Shown: positions 26,341 to 38,795 of the stretch, piece after piece
How the letters are laid out: each line of letters begins with the position of its first letter
How positions within the stretch are numbered: the first letter of the stretch is position 1
Source: Eledone cirrhosa
Lineage: Eukaryota
Length of the DNA: 64,000 nt
Direction: 5' to 3'
Assembly: GCA_964016885.1 (NCBI GenBank)
Contig: OZ024745.1
Span: forward strand, 109,120,001-109,184,000
Notes under the pieces: generated by a model
Seen by the model: only the letters and a program-made list of their open reading frames with translations
The model's database searches: none
What the model was told of the DNA's origin: nothing
Program-made: the position numbers and the translations under genes

Positions 26341-26877
26341 CTGTGTGCCTGTGTGGATCAGTGGTTGGGGGGACTCGGCTTACGATCGTAAATTTGTGAG
26401 TTCAAATTATTGATTTGATGACGCATAGTATTCTTGAGTACGACATTTTATTTCGCATTGTTTCAGTCCACTCAACTGGTGAAAACGAGCTGTACCGGTA
26501 GTTAAAAGGCCCAGCCTTGTTACACAATGGACCACGTACAATTTGCCTGAGAATTAAATTATGAGTACACGTATATGTGGAAAGGTTTGCATGCTAATTT
26601 CGTGAACAGGCGGTTCCATTCTTCGAACAACTGGAACACTCGTATCATTTCGTTTACATTATTTTATAATTAAAGGGCGGTGGATTGGCAGTGTCGGTAG
26701 AGGGTCGGGCGCCATGCTTTGACGCATAGAGTTACGGTCCTTGCCATTCTGAGTTCAAATCCCGCCGAGGTTAACTTTGCCTTTCATCCTTACGGGGTCG
26801 ATAAAATAAAGTACCAGTAATGCACTGAGTAATTGCTGGCCTTGTGCCAAAAGTAGAAACAATTATTTTATATATTA

Positions 26878-27768
26878 CTAGCATTAAAGCCCGGCGTTGC
26901 TCCGGGTCATTAAGTTACCAAAGTTAGGTTGCACCACCCATTTTATGGCAGCACTTTTTTGTCTGCCAGGCACTGGGTGAATGAATTGCAGACCTGGAAG
27001 CATGAGCTGCGCCAGCAGTGACAATTGTAGTTTCGCCTATGGATATTATCTCTGTGCAAAAAAGTGTTGAAATTTATTGTTTCACAGTACTTGCGCAACA
27101 CGCGCGTAGACGATGCCAGCCGAACAACAGAGCTGCGATGGAGTTGTTCTGCATGGTTGTCTGTGTGTTTTCTAAATTTAAGACAGTAGGGAGGGTTGTG
27201 ATATGAGGGAGAGTTAGCTGTTGTTTCTAGCAGGTTTAGTGACCTCATAGAGGATATGTGTTTTCTAAATTTAAGACAGTAGGGAGTGGTGTGATATGAG
27301 GGAGAGTTAGCTGCTGTTTCTAGCAGGTTTAGTGACCTCATAGAAGATATGTTTTCTAAATTTAAGACAGTAGGGAGGTGTGTGATATGGGGGAGAGTTA
27401 GCTGCTGTTTCTAGCAGGTTTAGTAACCTCATAGAGGATATGTGTTTTCTAAATTTAAGACAGTAGGGAGTGGTGTGAACGGACAGTATCACCATCAAGC
27501 TTGGAAAGAGAAAGTAGCAGAAAGTATGAAGTTGTATAGATTTTGAATGGTAGTGGAAAGAGTCTAGCAGTTTAAATGACAGAGGAAAATCGTAAAATAT
27601 TGAGTTTTATCTATTTTTTGCGTAATTGTGGGTGAAATTGAAAAAGTTATCTGCGTCAAGACGCAATCGAAACTATTTCGAATACTGAATTGTAAATTTC
27701 AATTGAAGAAATTCTATATCGTAGATTTCTATAACGAAGGAGCTTGACCACACACTGAGCCTTATAGA
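26878..27768 (-). mobile_element. Non-autonomous Helitron carrying an internal tandem array
   Basis: CTAG end at 26878 with hairpin cccggcgttgctccggg; A|TCTATAAG start at 27768. Confidence 0.65.
27165..27476. repeat. 91-93 bp tandem repeat x~3.4
   Basis: ttttctaaatttaagacag at 27168, 27261, 27352 and 27445. Confidence 0.9.
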
Positions 27769-28396
27769 TTATGATATAATAGGCGTTAAGTCTTGGACCT
27801 TTCTGCACAGTTATTATGCAACGTTTCCTATGTTGCTTAATAACTATAGTCCCAATGCAGCGTTATTAAGCGTAGAGGGTCGGACGCCATGCTTTGACGT
27901 ATAGAGTTACGGCCCTTGCCATTCTGAGTTCAAATCCCGCCGAGGTTAATTTTGCCTTTCATCCTTACGGGGTCGATAAAATAAAGTACCAGTAATGCAC
28001 TGAGATAATTGCTGGCCTTGTGCCAAAAGTAGAAACATTTATTTGATATATATTATATCTTGGAATATAATGATTTCTTATATAGGCACCAGGCCAGTAA
28101 TTTGGGGGAGGGGGAAGTCGATTAAATCGACTCCAGTATGTCACTGGTACTTTATTTTATCGACCCCGTGAGGATGAAAGGCAAAGTTAACCCCGGCGGA
28201 ATTTGAACTCAGACCGTAAAGGACCGTAAACTCTATGCTGCAAAACATGGTGTTCGACTCTACCGATACTGCCAATCCACACAGCCCTTTATATCTTGAA
28301 ATATAATCCAAGTTGATATATTCATTTCAATATATATGTGTGTCTGTAAGCTAGTGTGTAGATATGTATACATATGTGCAACAGTTTATATATATA

Positions 28397-28618
28397 CAGG
28401 GTGTCCCAAGAAATGTATACACACTTTAATTTTTTTTAAATGCATTAAAATAAATTCTGTTTTATGTGAATTATTAAAATTACGTAAACATTTTTGGGTG
28501 TTCACATACAACTGAATTATGTCTGTACATCATTTTACTTTTGGGAGTTTGTTCCTTCTAATAAATATTACCTGTACAGATAATCGAAGTATGTTTACAT
28601 TTTTGGGGGGACACCCTG
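28397..28618. mobile_element. Tc1/mariner MITE (CAGGGTGTCCC TIR)
   Basis: TA-CAGGGTGTCCC...GGGACACCCTG-TA; relatives at 29100-29178, 49522-49628 and a partial copy ending ~14074. Confidence 0.85.
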
Positions 28619-28681
28619 TATACATACATATTATATATATGGCCTCAGCCGGATGGCTGAAACAGGTAAAAGAGTAAAAGA

Positions 28682-28714
<33 letters not shown>

Positions 28715-28743
28715 AACAAAAGATGGTTAAAAGAGTTCCATGT

Positions 28744-28812
28744 ATTTTATTATGCGCATTTCAAAAACAAATATCATCATGCAATAATATTTGTGTTTTC
28801 ATCAGATAAAAC
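28744..28812 (-). ncRNA. Type I hammerhead ribozyme motif, canonical core
   Basis: - strand reads GTTTTAT CTGATGA [long AT-rich stem II] GAAA TGCGCA TA ATAAAAT; 7 bp stem I; palindromic stem III ATGCGCAT. Confidence 0.85.
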
Positions 28813-28875
28813 AGGAAGACATGATATGAAGGTTAAAAAACACTTGTGGATAGAGCAGTTTTAAATCAACATAAT

Positions 28876-28937
28876 CTGATGAAAACACAAATATTATTGC
28901 ATGATGATATTTGTTTTTGAAATGCGCATAATAAAAT
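28876..28937 (+). ncRNA. Inverted second copy of the same HHR motif (weak stem I)
   Basis: Right arm of the ~100 bp inverted repeat 28707-28807/28874-28974; core identical, stem I only 2 bp. Confidence 0.6.
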
Positions 28938-29061
28938 ACATGGAACTCTTTTAACCATCTTTTGTTCTTATATATTATGTATACTCCAGTCCTACAAACT
29001 GTAGAGTGCTTCTTATCCGATATATGCATTGCTTTATTGTACTACAATAAAACTCACCTCC

Positions 29062-29101
<40 letters not shown>

Positions 29102-29629
29102 AGGTGTCCCCAAAATTGTATACACACTTCAACAGCAAAATAATCAGTGTGTATACATTTTGTGGGGGGACACACCTGTATATGCGTATGTGTGTGTGTG
29201 TGCGTGTGAATATATAATTCTGTAATGTTGGTGAAGGTCACCTGTGGCTAAAATTAGAATGAAACTCTTTCGATTAGGATTAATCTAAATTTCAGTGATG
29301 GAAACCATATAATATTTCTAAAATTGAATTTAAAACTATACAGGTGATTAACTTAAAATGGTAATGTCTGAGTTGACACAGCATTTTGAGAAGAATATGG
29401 CGAAAAATAAAATAAAATAAAAATAGAAAATGAATAAATAAATAAACAAGAAGAATGACTTAGAACGGATTAGATAGTGTTCATATTTTCAGTTGATAAA
29501 ATGCAGTTTTATTCTAGTACTAGAAACTATAGTTTCGGTTTTGAACTGATAGTATTGAAGGTTACAGAAAATAAAGTAAAAAATGGGGTTAAAAAACAAA
29601 TCTGAAAGAAAAAGAAGAAAAAAAAACGA

Positions 29630-30610
29630 TGGATTGCCAGTATCGGTAGAGCGTCAGACACCATGCTTTGCTGCATAGAGTTATGGCCCTTTATGTTCTG
29701 AGTTCAAAACTTGCCGAGGTTAGCTTTGCCTTTCATCTTTGCCTTTTTGTAAATAGCGTTCTTTTGAGTTGGATTGGCAGTATCGGTAGAGGGTCGGATG
29801 CCAGGCTTTGCAGCAAAGAGTTACGGCCCTTTATGGTCTGAGTTCAAATCGCGCCGAGGTTACCTTTGCCTTTCATCCTTACGGGGTCGATAAAATAAAG
29901 TACCAGTAATGCACTGGGTAATTGCTGGCCTTGTGCCAAAAGTAGAAACAATTATTATTATTATACAGGGCGGTGGATTGGTAGAATCAGCAGGGCGTCG
30001 GACACCATGCTCTGTGGCATAGAGTTACGGCCCTATACATTCTGAGTTCAAATCCCGCTGAGGTTAGCTTTGCCTTTCATCCTTACGGCGTCGGTAAAAT
30101 AAAGTACCAGTAATACACTGAAGTCGAATTAACTGACTTCCCCTCCCCCAATATTACTGGCCTTGTGCCTATATAAGAAACCATTTGGCAGTATCGGTAG
30201 AGGGTCGGACGCCATGCTTTCCAGCATAGTTACGTCCCTTTACGATCTGAGCTCAAATCCCGCCGAGGTTGACTTTGCCTTTCATCCTTACGGGGTTGAT
30301 AAAATAAAGTACCAGTAATGCACTGGGTAATTGCTGGCCTTGTGCCTAAAGTAGAAACAATTATTATTATTATTAAGGGCGGTAGATTGGCAGTATCGGT
30401 AGAGGGTCTGGTGCCATGCTTCGCGGCATAGAGTTAAGGCCCATTACGGTATGAGTTCAAATCTCACTGAGGTTGGCTTTGCCTTTCATCCTTACGGGCT
30501 CGATCAAATAAAGTAGCAGTAATGCTCTGGAGTCGATTTAATAGACTTCCCCGCCTTTTCAAATTGCTGGCCTTGTGCCTAAAGTAGTAATTATTATTAT
30601 TATTATTATT
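29630..30610 (+). mobile_element. Head-to-tail array of five SINE-A copies
   Basis: Consensus: A box TGGCAGTATCGG, B box GAGTTCAAATCC, core gcctttcatccttacggggtcgataaaataaagtaccag, tail ggccttgtgcc.aaagtagaaacaa(tta)n. Confidence 0.9.
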
Positions 30611-32328
30611 GAGTCTGAACGGACGTCTTTTTGCTCGCTCTCGTAACTTTATTTATTTACCTGTCATAACTTATTTATTGAATTTTGTTGTTGTTGTGTA
30701 AGGCATACAAGCCCTTGGACTTTGCCCTGTGAAGGGGATAGAATAATATTTGGGCCTTTGGCTCAAATATTTGAACTCTTTTACATTTAAAAAAAATTAT
30801 CGAAAAAAAAACAAAAAAAAACATGGCTGAGTCACGCCCCCCCCCCTCCCCCCGAACTATTTATTTATTAATTACCTTAATGTTCATCCTTTCATCCTTA
30901 AAGGGTCAATAAAATAATTGTTTCTGCTTTTGGGACAAGGCCAGCAATTTATCTCAGTGTATTACTGGTACTTTATTTTATCGACCCCCGTTAGGATGAA
31001 AAGCAAAGTTAATCTCGGCGGGATTTGAACTCAGAACGTAAGGGGCGGTAACTATGCTGCAAAGCATAGCACCCGACCCTCTACCGATACTGCCAATAAA
31101 ATAATTGTTTCTACTTTTGGCACAAGGCGATCAATTACCCAGTACATTACTGGTACTTTACTAATAAAATAATGCACCAGTAATGCACTGGAGTCGATTT
31201 AATCGACTTTCCCTTTCCCCCAAAATTGTTCGCCTTGTGCCTAAATCAGAAACCATTGTAAGCGTTTAACGTAGAGTAAAATAAATGCTTTTCGCCGATG
31301 ACACAAAGGATAACCAAAAAGAGCAGGCGTTTCTTAATACCATAATATCGTTTAATTACGCTAATAAAAATATTTCTTTTGCTAAGCAACAGCCGGATCA
31401 AACATTCAACACGGAATAATGAGTATGAACGAATTAGAACAGTGATAATAGACAGATTGATCAAGAAAACAAATAAGTTTTGTTTGCAATGTCATATATT
31501 CAATGAAGTCTGCGGGTCGTATTTGGCCTACGGGCTGTAGTTTCCCGACCCCTTGTCTATAACAAACGTCATCCAAAAATCTGTGGCTTTTGAGTCAACG
31601 AAGGAGATTCTATGTAGTCGTTCAAGAATTCAGTCTAATTCCTCTAAAATACACACATCCTGTGGTCGTAAAAATAGTGAAATATGGGAGGAAACGTATT
31701 GCCTTGTTATACAAAAATACATAAAATTGTCGCGACTGGAGCCCCTTTGATTATAAAACTATTCAATCAGGATTTACTTAAGGCTAAACAATGGCAACAA
31801 AAATAATTGTTTCTACTTTTGGCACAAGGCCAGCAATTAACTCAGTACATTACTGTTGCTTTATTCTATCGACCTCGTAACGATGAAAATAGATCATTTA
31901 CCTGATATACAAAAATCATGAATATGTTGCTAATGTAGACTCTACTGGACATTGAGCCAATAAGCATAGTCAAAGGAGGTACTGATGATAAGTATATATC
32001 TTTTTTATTGGCGTCAAAGATTAATACGATATATAATAATTGTTTCTACTTTTGTAAAAAGGCCAGCAATTACCCAGTGCATTACTGGTACTTTATTTTA
32101 TCGACCCCGAAAGGATGAAAGGCAAAGTTAACCTCGGTGGGATTTGAACTCAGAATGGCAAGGGTCGTAACTCTTTGCGTCAAAGCATGGTGTCCGACCC
32201 TCTGCCGATACTGCCGAATTAAACATCAACATATTGCAACAGACGGGGAGACCTCCCACCCATTTTGGGGTGGGTGCGAGATATCTTCTCTTGGGAAAAT
32301 AGATATAGCTTTCATTATATAAAATCTC

Positions 32329-32492
32329 GGTAGAGGGTCGGACGCCATGCTTTCCAGCATAGTTATGTCCCTTTACGATCTGAGTTCAAATCCCGCCGAG
32401 GTTGACTTTGCCTTTCATCCTTGCGGGGTCGATAAAATAAAGTACCAGTAATGCACTGGATAATTGCTGGCCTTGTGCCTAAAGTAGAAACA
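32329..32492 (+). mobile_element. SINE-A with 15 bp TSD nested in a MITE
   Basis: attatataaaatctc at 32314-32328 and 32493-32507. Confidence 0.9.
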
Positions 32493-33642
32493 ATTATATA
32501 AAATCTCCCCCTTTTGTCTCATTTCTCCCCGTTTAGGGGCACTTTTTTTTCATGGTACACCCCGTTTGGGTTTTTAGAGGTTGACAAGTCTGTTATCATT
32601 TAATTCCGTTAGCTCTGCTCAATGTCCAGTAGAGACCACGTTACCAACATATTCTTGAAAAGTACAAAGCAGTACTATGACTATTATATTGACAACTAAA
32701 GTCTCTTCTTTAGTTTATTGCAAAATTCGGAATGATCTGTTTACTAGTAAAATTGATATAAATATTTGAGTCAACAAACCCGTTTTTAAATATTTTCTAC
32801 TGAATCTTCACAGGATGTTGAGAGTTAATACCTTAAAGGCATACAAACACATTAATTCAGTATATTTTAGATAGATAAATTACTTTGCTGACAGTTTTCA
32901 GTTCGTCCGGGAATGTTGATTTACTTAGAATTGTTGCTTCCGAACCACCCAGAAGATAGTTTAAAAACTGACTAATAATAAACAAATAAAGAACAGAAAA
33001 TAAGATTTTGCTTTTACATTTGAAAAACAAAAATTTCAAACAGAATATGTTATTTTTTTTTCCAAAATTCTATTTTAATTACTCTAAATAGTTTACTGTC
33101 TGAATCTAAAGAAAATAAAAGTTTCAGATGTCATGTGGTCTATGACCTTGTCTTTGAAAAGATGAGTTCCAATGCAAAATTTCTCTTACCTAGATGTAAA
33201 ACTAGGACCTACAGCTCGAAATACACACAGGTACATATATACATAAAGCATGGTTTGGTTTACTCAGCTGTACCACCAACCCTAAATGTGTGGTCGTGTA
33301 CCATTATTATAAAGTATTCTTATTAGGGAATAATTAGCTGTAATGTCTTAACACAGTGGTACGTACAAGTTGTGCTCCATAATAAACATTTATGCTAGAA
33401 CATTGAATATTTAAAAATTAAGGTAAACCTGAAGTAGATTAATTACCGTTTCTTTTTTAAATTAGAAGGCTCGGCTGGAAGAAAAAATGAGCCTGGAAGT
33501 ATAAACATTTTCAAATATTCCTCCTTATATAGACAAACATGAGATCACACTAATGCCGAAATTTCAACGATAATTGTCATCTCACCAGAGCATATCTACC
33601 TCCAATGATTCCGTGTATAGACGAATATATTATAAATGTTGT

Positions 33643-34352
33643 CAGTGCTGGATTTGCCTATAAGCTAAATAAGCTATAGCTTAGGGCCTCGGAGGGACTC
33701 CATTTTTTTTTAAATATCGTTTTATTCTATCATTAGTTTTTAGTTTTTATCATCAATAGTTTAAATAACACCAAAGTGTTAAAGCATTTGTACACTAACT
33801 ATTGTTTCTACCTGTATTGGGCCACGTAGAGGGAATTATTTTGTTTAGAAACTTCTGATTAGTGATCCAATACAGGTGTCTTCAGAATACCTGACCCTCA
33901 TTGCATTGAGCTACAAAACAGCCTGTAAATGAGTATAATTACAACAATATTATATGATTGGCAGTATCAGTAGAGGGTCGGACGCCATGCTTTCTAGCAT
34001 AGTTACGTCCCTTTACGATCTGAGTTCAAATCCCGCCGAGGTTGACTTTGCCTTTCATCCTTACGGGGTCGATAAAATAAAGTACCAGTAATGCACTGGG
34101 TAATTGCTGGCTTTGTGCCTAAAATAGAAACAATATTATATTAGTACTACTAGTGTGTGTGTGTATATATATATATAAGAACAAGTATGACCCCGACAGC
34201 AGAACTCAAGCCGTTTCGACGGCTATTTCAGTCCAGAAATAGCCGTCGAGGTCATACTTGTTCTTACTACCCACTCTACTACCCTAAGTATTGAGGACTT
34301 TGGTGCGTTATGGTCCATCTGGTTCCTTACCACAATTCCTTCGTTATATATA

Positions 34353-34414
<62 letters not shown>

Positions 34415-34751
34415 GGGGAATCAGGAAATACAAAGTTTAGATGATAAAGTTCTTTATTGCTAAGGCCGTTATACATATTTCCAGGACGACATTGGCTACT
34501 CAATTCAGCGTAGAAGCCACTGCCATGTTCTTTTCAGAGTTACAATCAATGAGGTAATCTAAAATTGAAATGACAAACAGCCATGTTCCCCAATATATAT
34601 ATATGTATTTAATTGTGTCTCATATAAAATAATACAACTGGCTATCCGCAAAATACGTATAATTGGGATTATACTAAGGTATATCCTAATATTTATTGAA
34701 TGAGACGGAAGTCGGTCGGAGTATTGCTTAAAGCTTTCTCTGTTAATGTAT

Positions 34752-34789
<38 letters not shown>

Positions 34790-34982
34790 TAGAAATTTGG
34801 GACTTGACTCCTTCTTCCTCACTTTCTGTTGCTTCACCATTTTGTTTGTTTACACTCGTGTCCCCTTTATTTACGTGTCCCAACGACTTGTTTTAGCCGT
34901 TGCTCGCACCAACCGGAGGTATATGGTCTTTAAAGCGATGAAATACCAATGATGGTTGGAAGATCACTGATGAAGGACTAAC

Positions 34983-35014
<32 letters not shown>

Positions 35015-35765
35015 GTGGAAAAGAACAAGCAAACGCAGGAGTCAATTTATTATTTATTAACATTAATATAAAAAAATAATAATCTAAACTATAATAAAGT
35101 AAGGAGTGCGGGACAGCGTCCAGAATATATTTTTTTTATTCTGTTTGTAAAATAAGTTGGATTACTTTGAATAAATAATGAATGAATATTACATAATTTA
35201 TCTACTAAATTTCGTTATTCTTCATTAATTATAAATAATTTTGTCGCTTATTTTAAGATTCACTTCTTTAAAATGTTCACATGTCAACACTTCCGGTTAG
35301 CGATCGCTTAAATAAACAGTCATATATTTCCGTCACTGATTACATAAGACAGTGTAACTCAGTCTTCATTCAATTTCTGTGTATATTGTCAATTACGATT
35401 TTATTTGATGCATCATATCTACTTGCGTATAATAGCAATATGTACACTACACAGGCCAATAGAAAACCACCCGAAAGGTGGTTTTTCTGCTAGTAATGTA
35501 TAATAATTTTTTCTACTTTAGGCACAAGGCCAGCAAATACCCAGTGCATTACTGGTACTTTATTTTATCGACCCCGTAAGGATGAAAGGCAAAGTCAACC
35601 TCAGCGGGATTTGAACTCAGATCGTAAAGGGACGTAACTATGCTGGAAAGCATGGCGTCCGACCCTATATAATAATTAAAGGTTTTTTTTTAACCCTGAT
35701 TTTTTTAGAGAAGGGCCTCAAATTTCATATAGTTTGGGGCCTCAGCAAATGAAAGTCCGGTTCTG
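33643..35765. mobile_element. hAT-like non-autonomous element with multiple nested insertions
   Basis: Termini CAGTGCTGGATTT / AAGTCCGGTTCTG; 8 bp TSD aatgttgt(33635-33642)/aatgttat(35766-35773). Confidence 0.7.
35083..35493 (+). mobile_element. Non-autonomous Helitron
   Basis: A|TC start, hairpin aaaaccacc-cgaaa-ggtggtttt, CTAG|T end; homologous to 61986-62528. Confidence 0.85.
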
Positions 35766-36639
35766 AATGTTATATATGTCATACAAAATATAGAATATAC
35801 CTGAAATAACCAATATTGTTTGTACGATATGCATAAGTTTATCGACGAGTCTTTCATTCTTCCAGTCTTAAAAATATACAGTATCAGTTAAAACTTCTAC
35901 ATTTCTTCCTAGCCATGTTTGAAATGATGTTGAAACCAACGTGTGAGTCTCTTATGTGATCAGTTAACATCCTAGAAATGGCAACCAAAGCTCCCTCACA
36001 TTACACTCCTCCACCGTCTAAAAAACAAAAAGAGAAAAAAAATGGACATTACGTTATGCTGTCATTGTTGGACTGTGATTAGACGCTTCGCAATCATAAG
36101 GTCATGTGTTTGATCCCACTGCGGAGCATCTAGGACAAGTAATCTTACCTTAGCCTCGCGTTGACGCAAGCCTTGTGAGTGAAATTTGGTAGACAGAGAG
36201 AGGCCATATGAAAGCCCGTCGGAAGTATTGTACCGAAGCTCCAGCTTTGTCACATAGTATCATGCTGTGGAATACTCAACCATTTACGCGTTAATTCACG
36301 AGTCAAACTTTCAGTTAATTGAACAATTGAATGCTCATCGTCGAAGCCGACGGAAGATGCATCATGTCTAGAAAAAAAAAAGAAAAAAAAAGACGTATAG
36401 TCACAGCTGGAAAGCCTTTGATCCCAGGTCTATTCAATGAGGGCCAACACGGGTGTTAAAAAACAAACAAATATGAACATGTTGAGATAATTTCGTCTGA
36501 AATTATCAGTAAATTCCCTCGTGGGTCGTAAAAACTTATTTTGAAGCTCCTCATTGGCTTTGACAACCATCTCAAGCGTTACCTGAAATAATATGAGGCT
36601 GGGTTTTAAAGTACATGCTATATTAAAAAGAAAAAAAAG

Positions 36640-37395
36640 GAGAGAGAGAGTGAGTGAGTGAGAGAGTGAGTGTGTGAGAGAGTGTGTGAGTGAGTGACAG
36701 AGAGAGAGAGAGAGTGTGTGTGTGAGTGACAGAGAGTGTGTGAATGACAGAGGGAGAGAGAGAGTGTGAATGACAGAGGGAGAGAGAGAGTGTGAGTGAC
36801 AGAGGGAGAGAGAGAGTGTGAGTGACAGAGGGAGAGAGAGAGTGTGAGTGACAGAGGGAGAGAGAGTGTGTGAATGACAGAGGGAGAAAGAGAGTGTGAG
36901 TGACAGAGGGAGGGAGGGAGAGTGTGTGAATGACAGAGGGAGAGAGAGAGAGTGTGAGTGACAGAAGGAGAGAGAGAGTGTGAGTGACAGAGGGAGGGAG
37001 AGTGTATGAATGACAGAGGGAGAGAGAGAGAGTGTGAGTGACAGAGGGAGAGAGAGAGTGTGAGTGACAGAGGGAGAGAGAGAGTGTGAGTGACAGAGGG
37101 AGAAAGAGAGTGTGAGTGACAGAGGGAGAGAGAGTGTGTGAATGACAGAGGGAGGGAGGGAGGGAGAGTGTGTGAATGACAGAGGGAGAGAGAGAGAGTG
37201 TGAGTGACAGAGGGAGAGAGAGAGTGTGAGTGACAGAGGGAGAGAGAGTGTGTGAATGACAGAGGGAGGGAGGGAGAGTGTGTGAATGACAGAGGGAGAG
37301 AGAGAGAGTGTGAGTGACAGAGGGAGAGAGAGAGTGTGAGTGACAGAGGGAGAGAGAGGGTGTGAATGACAGAGGGAGAGAGAGAAAGTTTGAGT
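36640..37395. repeat. Purine-rich minisatellite (~24-30 bp units)
   Basis: Repeated gagtgtgagtgacagagggagaga / gtgtgaatgacagaggg. Confidence 0.95.
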
Positions 37396-38429
37396 GACGT
37401 TGGTCGTTCCTGTAGATCTATCAAACACGCGAATGGAACTGAAACGGTTTCGAAACTGATTCTTGGGGACTACACTCACCCAAGGGACTATGGTCGCACT
37501 TACTTACTCTGTAATGACATCATCCCCTCCCCCCTTATTCCTTCTGCACCTCCCTCCTCCCCAAATTCTGACGACCTCTATCCCTTCAGGCTAAATGTTA
37601 TCTCTTTTTCACTGCGTCACCTTTGCCAGAACTTAACTCCTCTCCCTCCATTTCGTTCTATCTATCCCCTAAGACTCTCAGTATGGCTGGTTGATAGTGG
37701 TGGTGGTGGTGGTGGTGGTGGCAAGTATAGTGGTGATAGTGGTGTGGAACCCTTCCCCCTCCCCTTGAAGCCAAAACTGGGTACAGTGGAATGGAGAGGT
37801 AGGTGGGGGTGGGGAGAAGTTTCTCTCGTTTTATTTATGGTTTTCATATCCTCTTCTCCTCCTCCACCAACTACTTCCTTCTATCTTTATATCCCTTCCT
37901 CTTTATAAAAACAAAAACAAAAAACAAACAACAACAACAACAACAAATCATTATTGTTGCTGTTGTTGTTGCTGGTGTCGTCGTCGCCTCTATTTGCAGG
38001 CGTACGCCAGCTGTTATTTACTCGTGTGTGAGGCTACAGTGGGGGGTGCGGCTGGTTAGAATTCTTTAAACATCTGGTAGTTTGCAGTCCTCTGAGTGTC
38101 AAAGACTACTTATGAAGAGGCCCGCCTGATATTCAGAGGTACGCGCAAGGGATGGATGAATACTACTGAAATATAGTACGCTGTTACTAGTAGTAGTAGT
38201 AGTAGTAGTAGTTATGGCGGTAGTGAAGGTGGCGGGAGGGATGTGTGGGGGGGGGGCGTGCCAACAGTGCGGCGAGGAGTTGGGAGAGGAGGGAAGCGAG
38301 AGTGAGGGTGGGATGGGGGTTCAGAGCCATTAGGGAATGCGTCTGTCTGTGATTGTCGCTTGTTGCTTGTCCTTACTCTCCTCGCCTCCACCCACAGCAC
38401 AGCAATGACAACAACAACAACAAGTATTA

Positions 38430-38795
38430 GAAGAAGACGGAGTAGAAGATGATGATGACGATGATGATGATGATGATGATAATGATGACGACAAAGAAGA
38501 CGATGAAGAAGAAGACGACGAAGAAGAAGGCGACGAAGAAGAAGTAGGCGACGAAGAAGAAGAAGGCGACAAAGAAGAAGGCGACAAAGAAGAAGACGAC
38601 AAAGAAGAAGACGACAAAGAAGAAGACGACAAAGAAGAAGGCGACAAAGAAGAAGACGACAAAGAAGAAGAAGAAGAAGGCGACGAAGAAGAAGAAGGCG
38701 ACGAAGAAGAGAAAGAAGGCGACGAAGAAGAAGAAAGACAAAGAGAAAGAAGAAGAAAGAAAAGGAAAAGAAAAGAAGAAGAGGAAGAAGAAAAG
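38430..38795. repeat. GAT/GAC/GAA trinucleotide compound repeat
   Basis: Includes 15 bp gacgacaaagaagaa units. Confidence 0.9.

Noticed and set aside
34935-34975. SECIS element or C/D snoRNA in the family E motif
   Set aside because: ATGA and CTGA words are present, but I cannot form the SECIS helix II with an apical AA loop or a proper RUGAUGA box with guide.
36430-37479. 349 aa ORF
   Set aside because: Translation of the purine-rich minisatellite.
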